A DNA stretch of 32,000 bases from Corynebacterium glutamicum ATCC 13032 (GTDB taxonomy: Bacteria > Actinomycetota > Actinomycetes > Mycobacteriales > Mycobacteriaceae): positions 3,210,001 through 3,242,000 of the forward strand of contig NC_003450.3 of NCBI RefSeq assembly GCF_000011325.1, read 5' to 3'. Below are positions 20,457-30,310 of this stretch, one piece after another. Position 1 is the stretch's first letter, and every line of letters starts with the position of its first letter. Position numbers and translations under genes: made by a program. The notes beneath the pieces were generated by a model. It made no database searches and was not told where the DNA came from. It saw only the letters and a list, made by a program, of their open reading frames with translations.

Positions 20457-20489
20457 CCTGTTAAGGGAAAATTGTGTGCTTTTCCCAGG
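20457..20489 (+). terminator. Weak hairpin after genH (possible terminator, no U-tail)
   Basis: GGGAAAA (20465-20471) pairs with TTTTCCC (20480-20486), extended by CCT/AGG. No T-run follows. Confidence 0.3.
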
Positions 20490-20501
20490 CAGGCTCTTTA
20501 A

Positions 20502-20639
20502 TGTCGAGTTCTTAAGTTCGATTTCTTAACAGCGATTTCAGTCGGAAAACCGGGGAAAACCGAGCGAAATCGCTGTTGAGAAATTGAGCTTGAGGTATTG
20601 GAACCATGAACTCGACACCGTGAAATCGCAGTTAAGAAA
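20502..20639. repeat. Cluster of short inverted/direct repeats with one left arm and two alternative right arms
   Basis: TTTCTTAACAGCGATTTC (20522-20539) is complementary to GAAATCGCTGTTGAG (20566-20580; 14/15 over the 15-nt overlap) and to GAAATCGCAGTTAAGAAA (20622-20639, 17/18). TGTCGAGTTC (20502-20511) is complementary to GAACTCGACA (20608-20617). The loop carries GGAAAACC twice. Confidence 0.7.
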
Positions 20640-20782
20640 CAACCGCGAAATATGGGCGTTTAAGGCGTCGAGGTTTCCGTATGGGTGTGAGTCTAGGGAG
20701 AGCCAGTTAAGGCCCTTAGAAGCGATTCTGTGAGGTCAAACTTTTAGGGATCTCGGTCGTGAATTCACCCTTTTCGAGGCAG

Positions 20783-20912
20783 ACCAGACAGGCGTGACAA
20801 GATTGGCGAAAAAGCCGAGGTTTTGGCACGTGTGTCCGGTTTCCAATCCCCTAAACCAGACAGACGTGCCAAAACCTGGCGAAAATCCAGATTCTTGTCA
20901 CGCCTGTCTGGT
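20783..20912. repeat. Nested inverted-repeat array: four 20-24-nt modules in alternating orientation
   Basis: Copy 1 ACCAGACAGGCGTGACAAGA (20783-20802) and copy 4 TCTTGTCACGCCTGTCTGGT (20893-20912) are perfect 20-bp reverse complements. Copy 2 GGTTTTGGCACGTGTGTCCGGTTT (20819-20842) and copy 3 AAACCAGACAGACGTGCCAAAACC (20853-20876) are 22/24 complementary. Both forward copies are followed by TGGCGAAAA. Confidence 0.8.
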
Positions 20913-20975
20913 TTCTCCTTTTGAGCGACCCAAACCACGCCCGAACCACCGTTCCACAGCCCCCACGAACCCTCA

Positions 20976-21017
20976 AGACAGAAAAGATCGCACCAGCCGC
21001 ATCGAGCTGGTGCGATC
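20976..21017 (-). terminator. Rho-independent terminator of the symporter gene
   Basis: GATCGCACCAGC (20986-20997) pairs with GCTGGTGCGATC (21006-21017), a perfect 12-bp stem with an 8-nt loop. On the minus strand it is followed by TTTTCTGTCT. Confidence 0.75.
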
Positions 21018-21051
21018 AAACCGCAGTAAAAACTACAGAAAATGCGGGTTT

Positions 21052-22305
21052 CTACTTGTGATGTTCCACATCCGATGGAGTGATGTCGAAGGCAACGCGG
21101 TCGTCTTCTTCGATTTCATCTGGGGAAGTGGTGTGCAGCTGGCCCTTGGCGAATTTGTTCACGATGACTGCGATTGCGCCGTCGCCGGTGACGTTTGCTG
21201 CGGTGCCGAAGGAGTCAATCGCGATGTAAGCGGCGATCATGAGGGCGACTTGTTCGGTGTTGAATCCGAGCATGGAGGCCAGCATGCCGGTTGCTGCCAT
21301 GATGGCTCCGCCGGGAACGCCTGGTGCGGCGATCATGGTGATGCCCAGCATGAGGAGGAATCCGATGGAGAGGCCGACGCCTACTTCCATGTCGTACATG
21401 AAGACAACAGCGAAGGTGAAGAGGCCGATCTTCATCATCGATCCAGCTAGGTGGATGGTGGCGCACAGTGGGACAACAAAGCCTGCGACGTTGACATCAA
21501 CATCGTTTTTCAGGGTCTGCTGGTAGGTCACTGGGATGGTTGCCGCTGAAGAGGAGGTGCCCAGTGCAGTGAAGTATGCAGGGAGCATGTTTTTGAACAG
21601 TTTCCATGGGTTCTTCTTGGATACTGCACCAGCGATAATGAACTGGATGGCTAGGAAGAGCAGGGTTCCCACGACGGCGAGAATCAGTACCTTGCCAAAG
21701 GCGGACATGATCTCCAGGAGGCCACCGTTCATGCCCATGCCGAGGAAGATGCCGAAGATGAAGAGTGGCAGCAGTGGGATGACAAAGGCGGTGATGGTCT
21801 TCATGACTACGCGCTCGAGTTCGCGGGTTACCTTGAACAGGGTGTCTGATTTAATTACAGCCATGCCCAGGCCGAGGCAGAATGCCAGCAGCAGTGCGGT
21901 CATCACTTCAAATGGTGGTGGCATCTCGATGTTGAAGTAGGGCTGGAGGGCACCTGCATCAAGGTCGATTTCGGTGACGCTTTGGTGGTCTTTCAGCAGC
22001 CATGGGTAGAGCGCTTGGGATGCTCCGTAGGCGATCAGACCGGAGAAGACGGTGGACGCGTAGGCGATTGCTGCAACAATGCCGAGCCATTTGCCAGCGC
22101 CTCGGCCGAGCCCTGCAATGGCGGGGGCGATGAGGGAGAAGATCAGCACTGGGATGAAGAAGCCCAGAAAGTTGCTGAATAGGCCGTTGAAGGTGGTGAA
22201 GATCTCAGCGAGCCACACCGGGAAGAAGAGGCTGCAGATGATTCCGAGGATGATGGCAACGATCACTCGGAACAGCAGCGACGAGCTCATGCTCTTTATG
22301 TCCAT
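21052..22305 (-). CDS. Dicarboxylate/amino acid:cation symporter (DAACS) family transporter
   Basis: 417 aa, polytopic. Conserved GTSSSAATIPVT reentrant-loop motif and a C-terminal DSFGTAANVTGDG segment. AAGGAAC SD before ATG 22305. Confidence 0.88.
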   Translation of the reverse strand: MDIKSMSSSLLFRVIVAIILGIICSLFFPVWLAEIFTTFNGLFSNFLGFFIPVLIFSLIAPAIAGLGRGAGKWLGIVAAIAYASTVFSGLIAYGASQALYPWLLKDHQSVTEIDLDAGALQPYFNIEMPPPFEVMTALLLAFCLGLGMAVIKSDTLFKVTRELERVVMKTITAFVIPLLPLFIFGIFLGMGMNGGLLEIMSAFGKVLILAVVGTLLFLAIQFIIAGAVSKKNPWKLFKNMLPAYFTALGTSSSAATIPVTYQQTLKNDVDVNVAGFVVPLCATIHLAGSMMKIGLFTFAVVFMYDMEVGVGLSIGFLLMLGITMIAAPGVPGGAIMAATGMLASMLGFNTEQVALMIAAYIAIDSFGTAANVTGDGAIAVIVNKFAKGQLHTTSPDEIEEDDRVAFDITPSDVEHHK

Positions 22306-22596
22306 GGTTGTTCCTTATTTCTAATCAGGTGCTGTCTGAGCAATGCTCGGCAGCGCGTGATGGAATTTTGTGTGCGGCTTGGAAGTGACGGGTCACAAGG
22401 ACAGCTCGTGTAGACCCTGCCTGGAGCCTTGACAAACTCCACCAAACAACTGCGACGTGTGTCAGATTACTGCAGGCTTGTGGTCAAACCTAGTTCTTTG
22501 GAGGCGGAGCATCATACCTTTTAATGTCAGGATCGTGCAGTGAAGAATTCAGGATGAATTACTCGCTGGAATATTGGTGGGGATAGAGTTGTTGTT

Positions 22597-23109
22597 ATGA
22601 CGGTGATCGGAATTATTCTTGGCAGCCTTTTTGGCGTTCTTGCAGTCCTTCTCATCGTGGTTGGTGCTTTGGGGTGGGCGGCTAAGCTCCCTGGCAACCC
22701 GGTTGTGGGCATTCGTGTCCCTGAGGTGCGTAAATCCCAAGAATTGTGGGATATGGCGCACCGTGTCGCTGGCCCGTTGTGGGTGCTGTCGGGAGTTTCC
22801 TTTGTTATTGCATCGCTAGTTGCGTTTGTTGCTTCTGGTTGGATGTGGCTTGTTGTGGCGTTGGGTGTTGTGGCTGCCATCGTGTTCATTGGTATGGGTG
22901 CGGGTATGGCTGCGCATACTGTTGCGATGGTTGACGCGAAGCGCAGTCGCGAAACCCCGCAGGCGCCTGTTTCCGCTGAAATTGAAGAGGCCGGTGGTGT
23001 GACTATTACCTCGCCGATTATCAACAAGACTCCGCTGAATGCCCCCAAGATTGACTTGGATGCAGTGCGTAGAGCTGCGGAAACTACGCAAGAACCCAAA
23101 AATGATTAA
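22597..23109 (+). CDS. trpP: Small membrane protein upstream of the trp operon (TrpP, 5-methyltryptophan resistance locus); SdpI/YhfL-like
   Basis: 170 aa with about 4 TM segments. LPGNPVVGIRVPEVRKSQELWDMAHRVAG resembles the SdpI-family N..GiR...W..ahr motif. Position and size match what I recall as trpP of C. glutamicum. Confidence 0.7.
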   Translation: MTVIGIILGSLFGVLAVLLIVVGALGWAAKLPGNPVVGIRVPEVRKSQELWDMAHRVAGPLWVLSGVSFVIASLVAFVASGWMWLVVALGVVAAIVFIGMGAGMAAHTVAMVDAKRSRETPQAPVSAEIEEAGGVTITSPIINKTPLNAPKIDLDAVRRAAETTQEPKND

Positions 23110-23112
23110 TAA

Positions 23113-23143
23113 TTGAGACAAGCTTCCCACTATGTGATAAAGT
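23113..23143 (+). promoter_or_regulatory. Candidate trp promoter
   Basis: TTGAGA (23113-23118) is followed 17-19 nt later by GATAAA/TAAAGT (23136-23143). This would put the transcription start within a few nt of the trpL GTG (leaderless or near-leaderless). Confidence 0.35.
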
Positions 23144-23151
23144 CCCATTTT

Positions 23152-23205
23152 GTGAATAACTCTTGTCTCAGTCAAAGCACCCAGTGGTGGTGGCGCGCTA
23201 ACTAA
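23152..23205 (+). CDS. trpL: trp operon leader peptide (3 tandem Trp codons)
   Basis: GTG AAT AAC TCT TGT CTC AGT CAA AGC ACC CAG TGG TGG TGG CGC GCT AAC TAA translates to [17 protein letters not shown]. It is too short for the ORF track and was found by eye. It sits directly upstream of the attenuator hairpins. Confidence 0.85.
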
Positions 23206-23249
23206 GCGAGCCTGACACCTCAAGTTGTTTTCACTTTGATGAATTTTTT

Positions 23250-23296
23250 AAGGCTCGTACTTCGTTCGACGAAGAAGCGGGCCTTTTGTGGTTTTT
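23250..23296 (+). terminator. trp attenuator terminator (3:4 hairpin) with upstream alternative pairings
   Basis: AAGGCTCG (23250-57) pairs with CGGGCCTT (23278-85), and inner CTTCG (23260-64) pairs with CGAAG (23270-74), followed by TTGTGGTTTTT. For the antiterminator, CGAGCCT (23207-13) pairs with AGGCTCG (23251-57). For the 1:2 pairing, GGCGCGCT (23192-99) pairs with AGCGAGCC (23205-12), overlapping the Trp codons and stop. Confidence 0.8.
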
Positions 23297-23352
23297 AGCC
23301 CACAACCGGCAAGCCCTGGATCGAATGAAGCTCGCAGCGAGTAATTATTTGA

Positions 23353-25583
<2,231 letters not shown>

Positions 25584-25602
25584 TAAAAAAAGGATTTGAT
25601 TC

Positions 25603-26649
25603 ATGACTTCTCCAGCAACACTGAAAGTTCTCAACGCCTACTTGGATAACCCCACTCCAACCCTGGAGGAGGCAATTGAGGTGTTCACCCCGCTGACCGT
25701 GGGTGAATACGATGACGTGCACATCGCAGCGCTGCTTGCCACCATCCGTACTCGCGGTGAGCAGTTCGCTGATATTGCCGGCGCTGCCAAGGCGTTCCTC
25801 GCGGCGGCTCGTCCGTTCCCGATTACTGGCGCAGGTTTGCTAGATTCCGCTGGTACTGGTGGCGACGGTGCCAACACCATCAACATCACCACCGGCGCAT
25901 CCCTGATCGCAGCATCCGGTGGAGTGAAGCTGGTTAAGCACGGCAACCGTTCGGTGAGCTCCAAGTCCGGCTCCGCCGATGTGCTGGAAGCGCTGAATAT
26001 TCCTTTGGGCCTTGATGTGGATCGTGCTGTGAAGTGGTTCGAAGCGTCCAACTTCACCTTCCTGTTCGCACCTGCGTACAACCCTGCGATTGCGCATGTG
26101 CAGCCGGTTCGCCAGGCGCTGAAATTCCCCACCATCTTCAACACGCTTGGACCATTGCTGTCCCCGGCGCGCCCGGAGCGTCAGATCATGGGCGTGGCCA
26201 ATGCCAATCATGGACAGCTCATCGCCGAGGTCTTCCGCGAGTTGGGCCGTACACGCGCGCTTGTTGTGCATGGCGCAGGCACCGATGAGATCGCAGTCCA
26301 CGGCACCACCTTGGTGTGGGAGCTTAAAGAAGACGGCACCATCGAGCATTACACCATCGAGCCTGAGGACCTTGGCCTTGGCCGCTACACCCTTGAGGAT
26401 CTCGTAGGTGGCCTCGGCACTGAGAACGCCGAAGCTATGCGCGCTACTTTCGCGGGCACCGGCCCTGATGCACACCGTGATGCGTTGGCTGCGTCCGCAG
26501 GTGCGATGTTCTACCTCAACGGCGATGTCGACTCCTTGAAAGATGGTGCACAAAAGGCGCTTTCCTTGCTTGCCGACGGCACCACCCAGGCATGGTTGGC
26601 CAAGCACGAAGAGATCGATTACTCAGAAAAGGAGTCTTCCAATGACTAG
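25603..26649 (+). CDS. trpD: Anthranilate phosphoribosyltransferase
   Basis: 348 aa. Motifs DSAGTGGDGANTINITT and KHGNRSVSSKSGSADVLEALN. Confidence 0.97.
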   Translation: MTSPATLKVLNAYLDNPTPTLEEAIEVFTPLTVGEYDDVHIAALLATIRTRGEQFADIAGAAKAFLAAARPFPITGAGLLDSAGTGGDGANTINITTGASLIAASGGVKLVKHGNRSVSSKSGSADVLEALNIPLGLDVDRAVKWFEASNFTFLFAPAYNPAIAHVQPVRQALKFPTIFNTLGPLLSPARPERQIMGVANANHGQLIAEVFRELGRTRALVVHGAGTDEIAVHGTTLVWELKEDGTIEHYTIEPEDLGLGRYTLEDLVGGLGTENAEAMRATFAGTGPDAHRDALAASAGAMFYLNGDVDSLKDGAQKALSLLADGTTQAWLAKHEEIDYSEKESSND

Positions 26650-28066
26650 TAATAATCTGCCCACAGTGTTGGAAAGCATCGTCGAGGGTCGTCGCGGACA
26701 CCTGGAGGAAATTCGCGCTCGCATCGCTCACGTGGATGTGGATGCGCTTCCAAAATCCACCCGTTCTCTGTTTGATTCCCTCAACCAGGGTAGGGGAGGG
26801 GCGCGTTTCATCATGGAGTGCAAGTCCGCATCGCCTTCTTTGGGAATGATTCGTGAGCACTACCAGCCGGGTGAAATCGCTCGCGTGTACTCTCGCTACG
26901 CCAGCGGCATTTCCGTGCTGTGCGAGCCGGATCGTTTTGGTGGCGATTACGATCACCTCGCTACCGTTGCCGCTACCTCTCATCTTCCGGTGCTGTGCAA
27001 AGACTTCATCATTGATCCTGTCCAGGTACACGCGGCGCGTTACTTTGGTGCTGATGCCATCCTGCTCATGCTCTCTGTGCTTGATGATGAAGAGTACGCA
27101 GCACTCGCTGCCGAGGCTGCGCGTTTTGATCTGGATATCCTCACCGAGGTTATTGATGAGGAGGAAGTCGCCCGCGCCATCAAGCTGGGTGCGAAGATCT
27201 TTGGCGTCAACCACCGCAACCTGCATGATCTGTCCATTGATTTGGATCGTTCACGTCGCCTGTCCAAGCTCATTCCAGCAGATGCCGTGCTCGTGTCTGA
27301 GTCTGGCGTGCGCGATACCGAAACCGTCCGCCAGCTAGGTGGGCACTCCAATGCATTCCTCGTTGGCTCCCAGCTGACCAGCCAGGAAAACGTCGATCTG
27401 GCAGCCCGCGAATTAGTCTACGGCCCCAACAAAGTCTGCGGACTCACCTCACCAAGTGCAGCACAAACCGCTCGCGCAGCGGGTGCGGTCTACGGCGGGC
27501 TCATCTTCGAAGAGGCATCGCCACGCAATGTTTCACGTGAAACATTGCAAAAAATCATCGCCGCAGAGCCCAACCTGCGCTACGTCGCGGTCAGCCGTCG
27601 CACCTCCGGGTACAAGGATTTGCTTGTCGACGGCATCTTCGCCGTACAAATCCACGCCCCACTGCAGGACAGCGTCGAAGCAGAAAAGGCATTGATCGCC
27701 GCCGTTCGTGAAGAGGTTGGACCGCAGGTCCAGGTCTGGCGCGCGATCTCGATGTCCAGCCCCTTGGGGGCTGAAGTGGCAGCTGCGGTGGAGGGTGACG
27801 TCGATAAGCTAATTCTTGATGCCCATGAAGGTGGCAGCGGGGAAGTATTCGACTGGGCTACGGTGCCGGCCGCTGTGAAGGCAAAGTCTTTGCTCGCGGG
27901 AGGCATCTCTCCGGACAACGCTGCGCAGGCACTCGCTGTGGGCTGCGCAGGTTTGGACATCAACTCTGGCGTGGAATACCCCGCCGGTGCAGGCACGTGG
28001 GCTGGGGCGAAAGACGCCGGCGCGCTGCTGAAAATTTTCGCGACCATCTCCACATTCCATTACTAA
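26642..28066 (+). CDS. trpC: Bifunctional indole-3-glycerol-phosphate synthase / phosphoribosylanthranilate isomerase
   Basis: The track ORF starts at 26543, but the true start is ATG 26642 (AAGGAG SD; [14 protein letters not shown]...), overlapping the trpD stop by 8 nt. IGPS half ([16 protein letters not shown]) followed by PRAI half (KVCGLTSP...). 474 aa. Confidence 0.95.
   Translation: MTSNNLPTVLESIVEGRRGHLEEIRARIAHVDVDALPKSTRSLFDSLNQGRGGARFIMECKSASPSLGMIREHYQPGEIARVYSRYASGISVLCEPDRFGGDYDHLATVAATSHLPVLCKDFIIDPVQVHAARYFGADAILLMLSVLDDEEYAALAAEAARFDLDILTEVIDEEEVARAIKLGAKIFGVNHRNLHDLSIDLDRSRRLSKLIPADAVLVSESGVRDTETVRQLGGHSNAFLVGSQLTSQENVDLAARELVYGPNKVCGLTSPSAAQTARAAGAVYGGLIFEEASPRNVSRETLQKIIAAEPNLRYVAVSRRTSGYKDLLVDGIFAVQIHAPLQDSVEAEKALIAAVREEVGPQVQVWRAISMSSPLGAEVAAAVEGDVDKLILDAHEGGSGEVFDWATVPAAVKAKSLLAGGISPDNAAQALAVGCAGLDINSGVEYPAGAGTWAGAKDAGALLKIFATISTFHY
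27529..27544. other. parS: parS (ParB-binding centromere-like site), perfect palindromic consensus, inside trpC(F)
   Basis: TGTTTCACGTGAAACA is embedded in the 24-bp perfect palindrome GCAATGTTTCACGTGAAACATTGC (27525-27548). An identical 24-mer recurs at 30189-30212. Confidence 0.8.
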
Positions 28067-28082
28067 AGGTTTAAATAGGATC

Positions 28083-29336
28083 ATGACTGAAAAAGAAAAC
28101 TTGGGCGGCTCCACGCTGCTGCCTGCATACTTCGGTGAATTCGGCGGCCAGTTCGTCGCGGAATCCCTCCTGCCTGCTCTCGACCAGCTGGAGAAGGCCT
28201 TCGTTGACGCGACCAACAGCCCAGAGTTCCGCGAAGAACTCGGCGGCTACCTCCGCGATTACCTCGGCCGCCCAACCCCGCTGACCGAATGCTCCAACCT
28301 GCCACTCGCAGGCGAAGGCAAAGGCTTTGCGCGGATCTTCCTCAAGCGCGAAGACCTCGTCCACGGCGGTGCACACAAAACTAACCAGGTGATCGGCCAG
28401 GTGCTGCTTGCCAAGCGCATGGGCAAAACCCGCATCATCGCAGAGACCGGCGCAGGCCAGCACGGCACCGCCACCGCTCTCGCATGTGCGCTCATGGGCC
28501 TCGAGTGCGTTGTCTACATGGGCGCCAAGGACGTTGCCCGCCAGCAGCCCAACGTCTACCGCATGCAGCTGCACGGCGCGAAGGTCATCCCCGTGGAATC
28601 TGGTTCCGGCACCCTGAAGGACGCCGTGAATGAAGCGCTGCGCGATTGGACCGCAACCTTCCACGAGTCCCACTACCTTCTCGGCACCGCCGCCGGCCCG
28701 CACCCATTCCCAACCATCGTGCGTGAATTCCACAAGGTGATCTCTGAGGAAGCCAAGGCACAGATGCTAGAGCGCACCGGCAAGCTTCCCGACGTTGTGG
28801 TCGCCTGTGTCGGTGGTGGCTCCAACGCCATCGGCATGTTCGCAGACTTCATTGACGATGAAGGTGTAGAGCTCGTCGGCGCTGAGCCAGCCGGTGAAGG
28901 CCTCGACTCCGGCAAGCACGGCGCAACCATCACCAACGGTCAGATCGGCATCCTGCACGGCACCCGTTCCTACCTGATGCGCAACTCCGACGGCCAAGTG
29001 GAAGAGTCCTACTCCATCTCCGCCGGACTTGATTACCCAGGCGTCGGCCCACAGCACGCACACCTGCACGCCACCGGCCGCGCCACCTACGTTGGTATCA
29101 CCGACGCCGAAGCCCTCCAAGCATTCCAGTACCTCGCCCGCTACGAAGGCATCATCCCCGCACTGGAATCCTCACACGCGTTCGCCTACGCACTCAAGCG
29201 CGCCAAGACCGCCGAAGAGGAAGGCCAGAACTTAACCATCCTCGTCTCCCTATCCGGCCGTGGCGACAAGGACGTTGACCACGTGCGCCGCACCCTCGAA
29301 GAAAATCCAGAACTGATCCTGAAGGACAACCGATGA
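28083..29336 (+). CDS. trpB: Tryptophan synthase beta chain
   Basis: 417 aa. PLP-lysine motif HGGAHKTN; GGGSNAIG. Confidence 0.97.
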   Translation: MTEKENLGGSTLLPAYFGEFGGQFVAESLLPALDQLEKAFVDATNSPEFREELGGYLRDYLGRPTPLTECSNLPLAGEGKGFARIFLKREDLVHGGAHKTNQVIGQVLLAKRMGKTRIIAETGAGQHGTATALACALMGLECVVYMGAKDVARQQPNVYRMQLHGAKVIPVESGSGTLKDAVNEALRDWTATFHESHYLLGTAAGPHPFPTIVREFHKVISEEAKAQMLERTGKLPDVVVACVGGGSNAIGMFADFIDDEGVELVGAEPAGEGLDSGKHGATITNGQIGILHGTRSYLMRNSDGQVEESYSISAGLDYPGVGPQHAHLHATGRATYVGITDAEALQAFQYLARYEGIIPALESSHAFAYALKRAKTAEEEGQNLTILVSLSGRGDKDVDHVRRTLEENPELILKDNR

Positions 29337-30175
29337 GCCGTTACGACGATCTTTTTGCACGCCTCGACACGGCAGGGGAGGGCGCCTTTGTTCCCTTCAT
29401 CATGCTGAGCGACCCTTCACCAGAGGAGGCTTTCCAGATCATCTCCACAGCAATCGAAGCTGGCGCAGATGCACTGGAACTTGGCGTACCTTTCTCCGAC
29501 CCAGTTGCCGATGGCCCCACCGTCGCGGAATCCCACCTCCGCGCACTCGACGGCGGCGCCACCGTAGACAGCGCACTCGAGCAGATCAAGCGCGTGCGCG
29601 CAGCCTACCCAGAGGTTCCCATCGGAATGCTCATCTACGGCAACGTTCCTTTCACCCGTGGCTTGGATCGCTTCTACCAAGAGTTCGCTGAAGCTGGCGC
29701 AGACTCCATCCTCCTGCCAGACGTCCCAGTCCGCGAAGGCGCACCGTTTTCTGCAGCAGCTGCAGCAGCCGGAATTGATCCCATTTACATCGCTCCGGCC
29801 AACGCCAGCGAGAAAACCCTCGAGGGTGTCTCCGCCGCATCAAAGGGCTACATCTACGCCATCTCCCGCGACGGCGTCACCGGCACCGAACGTGAATCAT
29901 CCACCGACGGCCTGTCCGCAGTGGTGGACAACATCAAGAAATTTGATGGCGCACCCATCCTCTTGGGCTTCGGCATCTCATCCCCTCAGCACGTGGCAGA
30001 CGCGATTGCAGCGGGTGCTTCCGGTGCGATCACGGGTTCCGCGATCACCAAGATCATTGCTTCCCACTGCGAAGGTGAGCACCCGAACCCGTCCACCATT
30101 CGAGATATGGACGGTTTGAAGAAGGATCTCACTGAGTTCATCTCTGCGATGAAGGCAGCGACCAAGAAGGTTTAG
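29333..30175 (+). CDS. trpA: Tryptophan synthase alpha chain
   Basis: 280 aa. Its start overlaps the trpB stop (ATGA). Motifs [14 protein letters not shown] and GFGIS. Confidence 0.97.
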   Translation: MSRYDDLFARLDTAGEGAFVPFIMLSDPSPEEAFQIISTAIEAGADALELGVPFSDPVADGPTVAESHLRALDGGATVDSALEQIKRVRAAYPEVPIGMLIYGNVPFTRGLDRFYQEFAEAGADSILLPDVPVREGAPFSAAAAAAGIDPIYIAPANASEKTLEGVSAASKGYIYAISRDGVTGTERESSTDGLSAVVDNIKKFDGAPILLGFGISSPQHVADAIAAGASGAITGSAITKIIASHCEGEHPNPSTIRDMDGLKKDLTEFISAMKAATKKV

Positions 30176-30192
30176 GCCTTTAAATGTGGCAA

Positions 30193-30208
30193 TGTTTCAC
30201 GTGAAACA
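30193..30208. other. parS: parS (ParB-binding site), perfect consensus, 13 nt downstream of trpA
   Basis: TGTTTCACGTGAAACA at the centre of the 26-bp perfect palindrome GGCAATGTTTCACGTGAAACATTGCC (30188-30213). Confidence 0.8.
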
Positions 30209-30230
30209 TTGCCCTAAAGTACAGATGTAC

Positions 30231-30279
30231 AAAGAAGCCGCCTCCTAGCTCTCGGGCTGGGAGGCGGCTTCTTTGTTTG
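30231..30279. terminator. Bidirectional terminator between trpA and the convergent PTS EIIC gene
   Basis: AAAGAAGCCGCCTCC (30231-30245) pairs with GGAGGCGGCTTCTTT (30260-30274), a 15-bp stem. TTTGTTTG follows on the plus strand; the tail on the minus strand is weaker (CTTTGT). Confidence 0.75.
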
Positions 30280-30310
30280 CGGTTTAGGAAATCTCAGGGT
30301 TTTGGAGATC

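Noticed and set aside
20783-20912. CRISPR-like reading of the 34-38-bp periodic repeats
   Set aside because: The copies alternate in orientation, which is nested palindromes rather than direct repeats. There are only four copies, the spacers are partly repeat tails, and no cas genes are present in the window.
20765-21450. ORFs of 84 aa (-) and 218 aa (+) covering the repeat-rich gap
   Set aside because: Their apparent internal peptide repeats merely mirror the DNA inverted repeats. The 218-aa ORF then runs antisense into the symporter gene. Neither has an SD or a motif.
22527-23223. Minus-strand ORFs of 190 and 135 aa
   Set aside because: They are antisense to trpP and the trp promoter/leader. 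The plus-strand gene has a membrane-protein profile and known context.
26543-26641. 33-codon N-terminal extension of trpC(F) in the track
   Set aside because: It lies inside trpD in another frame. An AAGGAG SD and the conserved N-terminus point to ATG 26642.
25840-27226. Minus-strand ORFs of 255 and 236 aa
   Set aside because: They are antisense to trpD and trpC(F).
28071-28733. 220-aa minus-strand ORF
   Set aside because: It is antisense to trpB.
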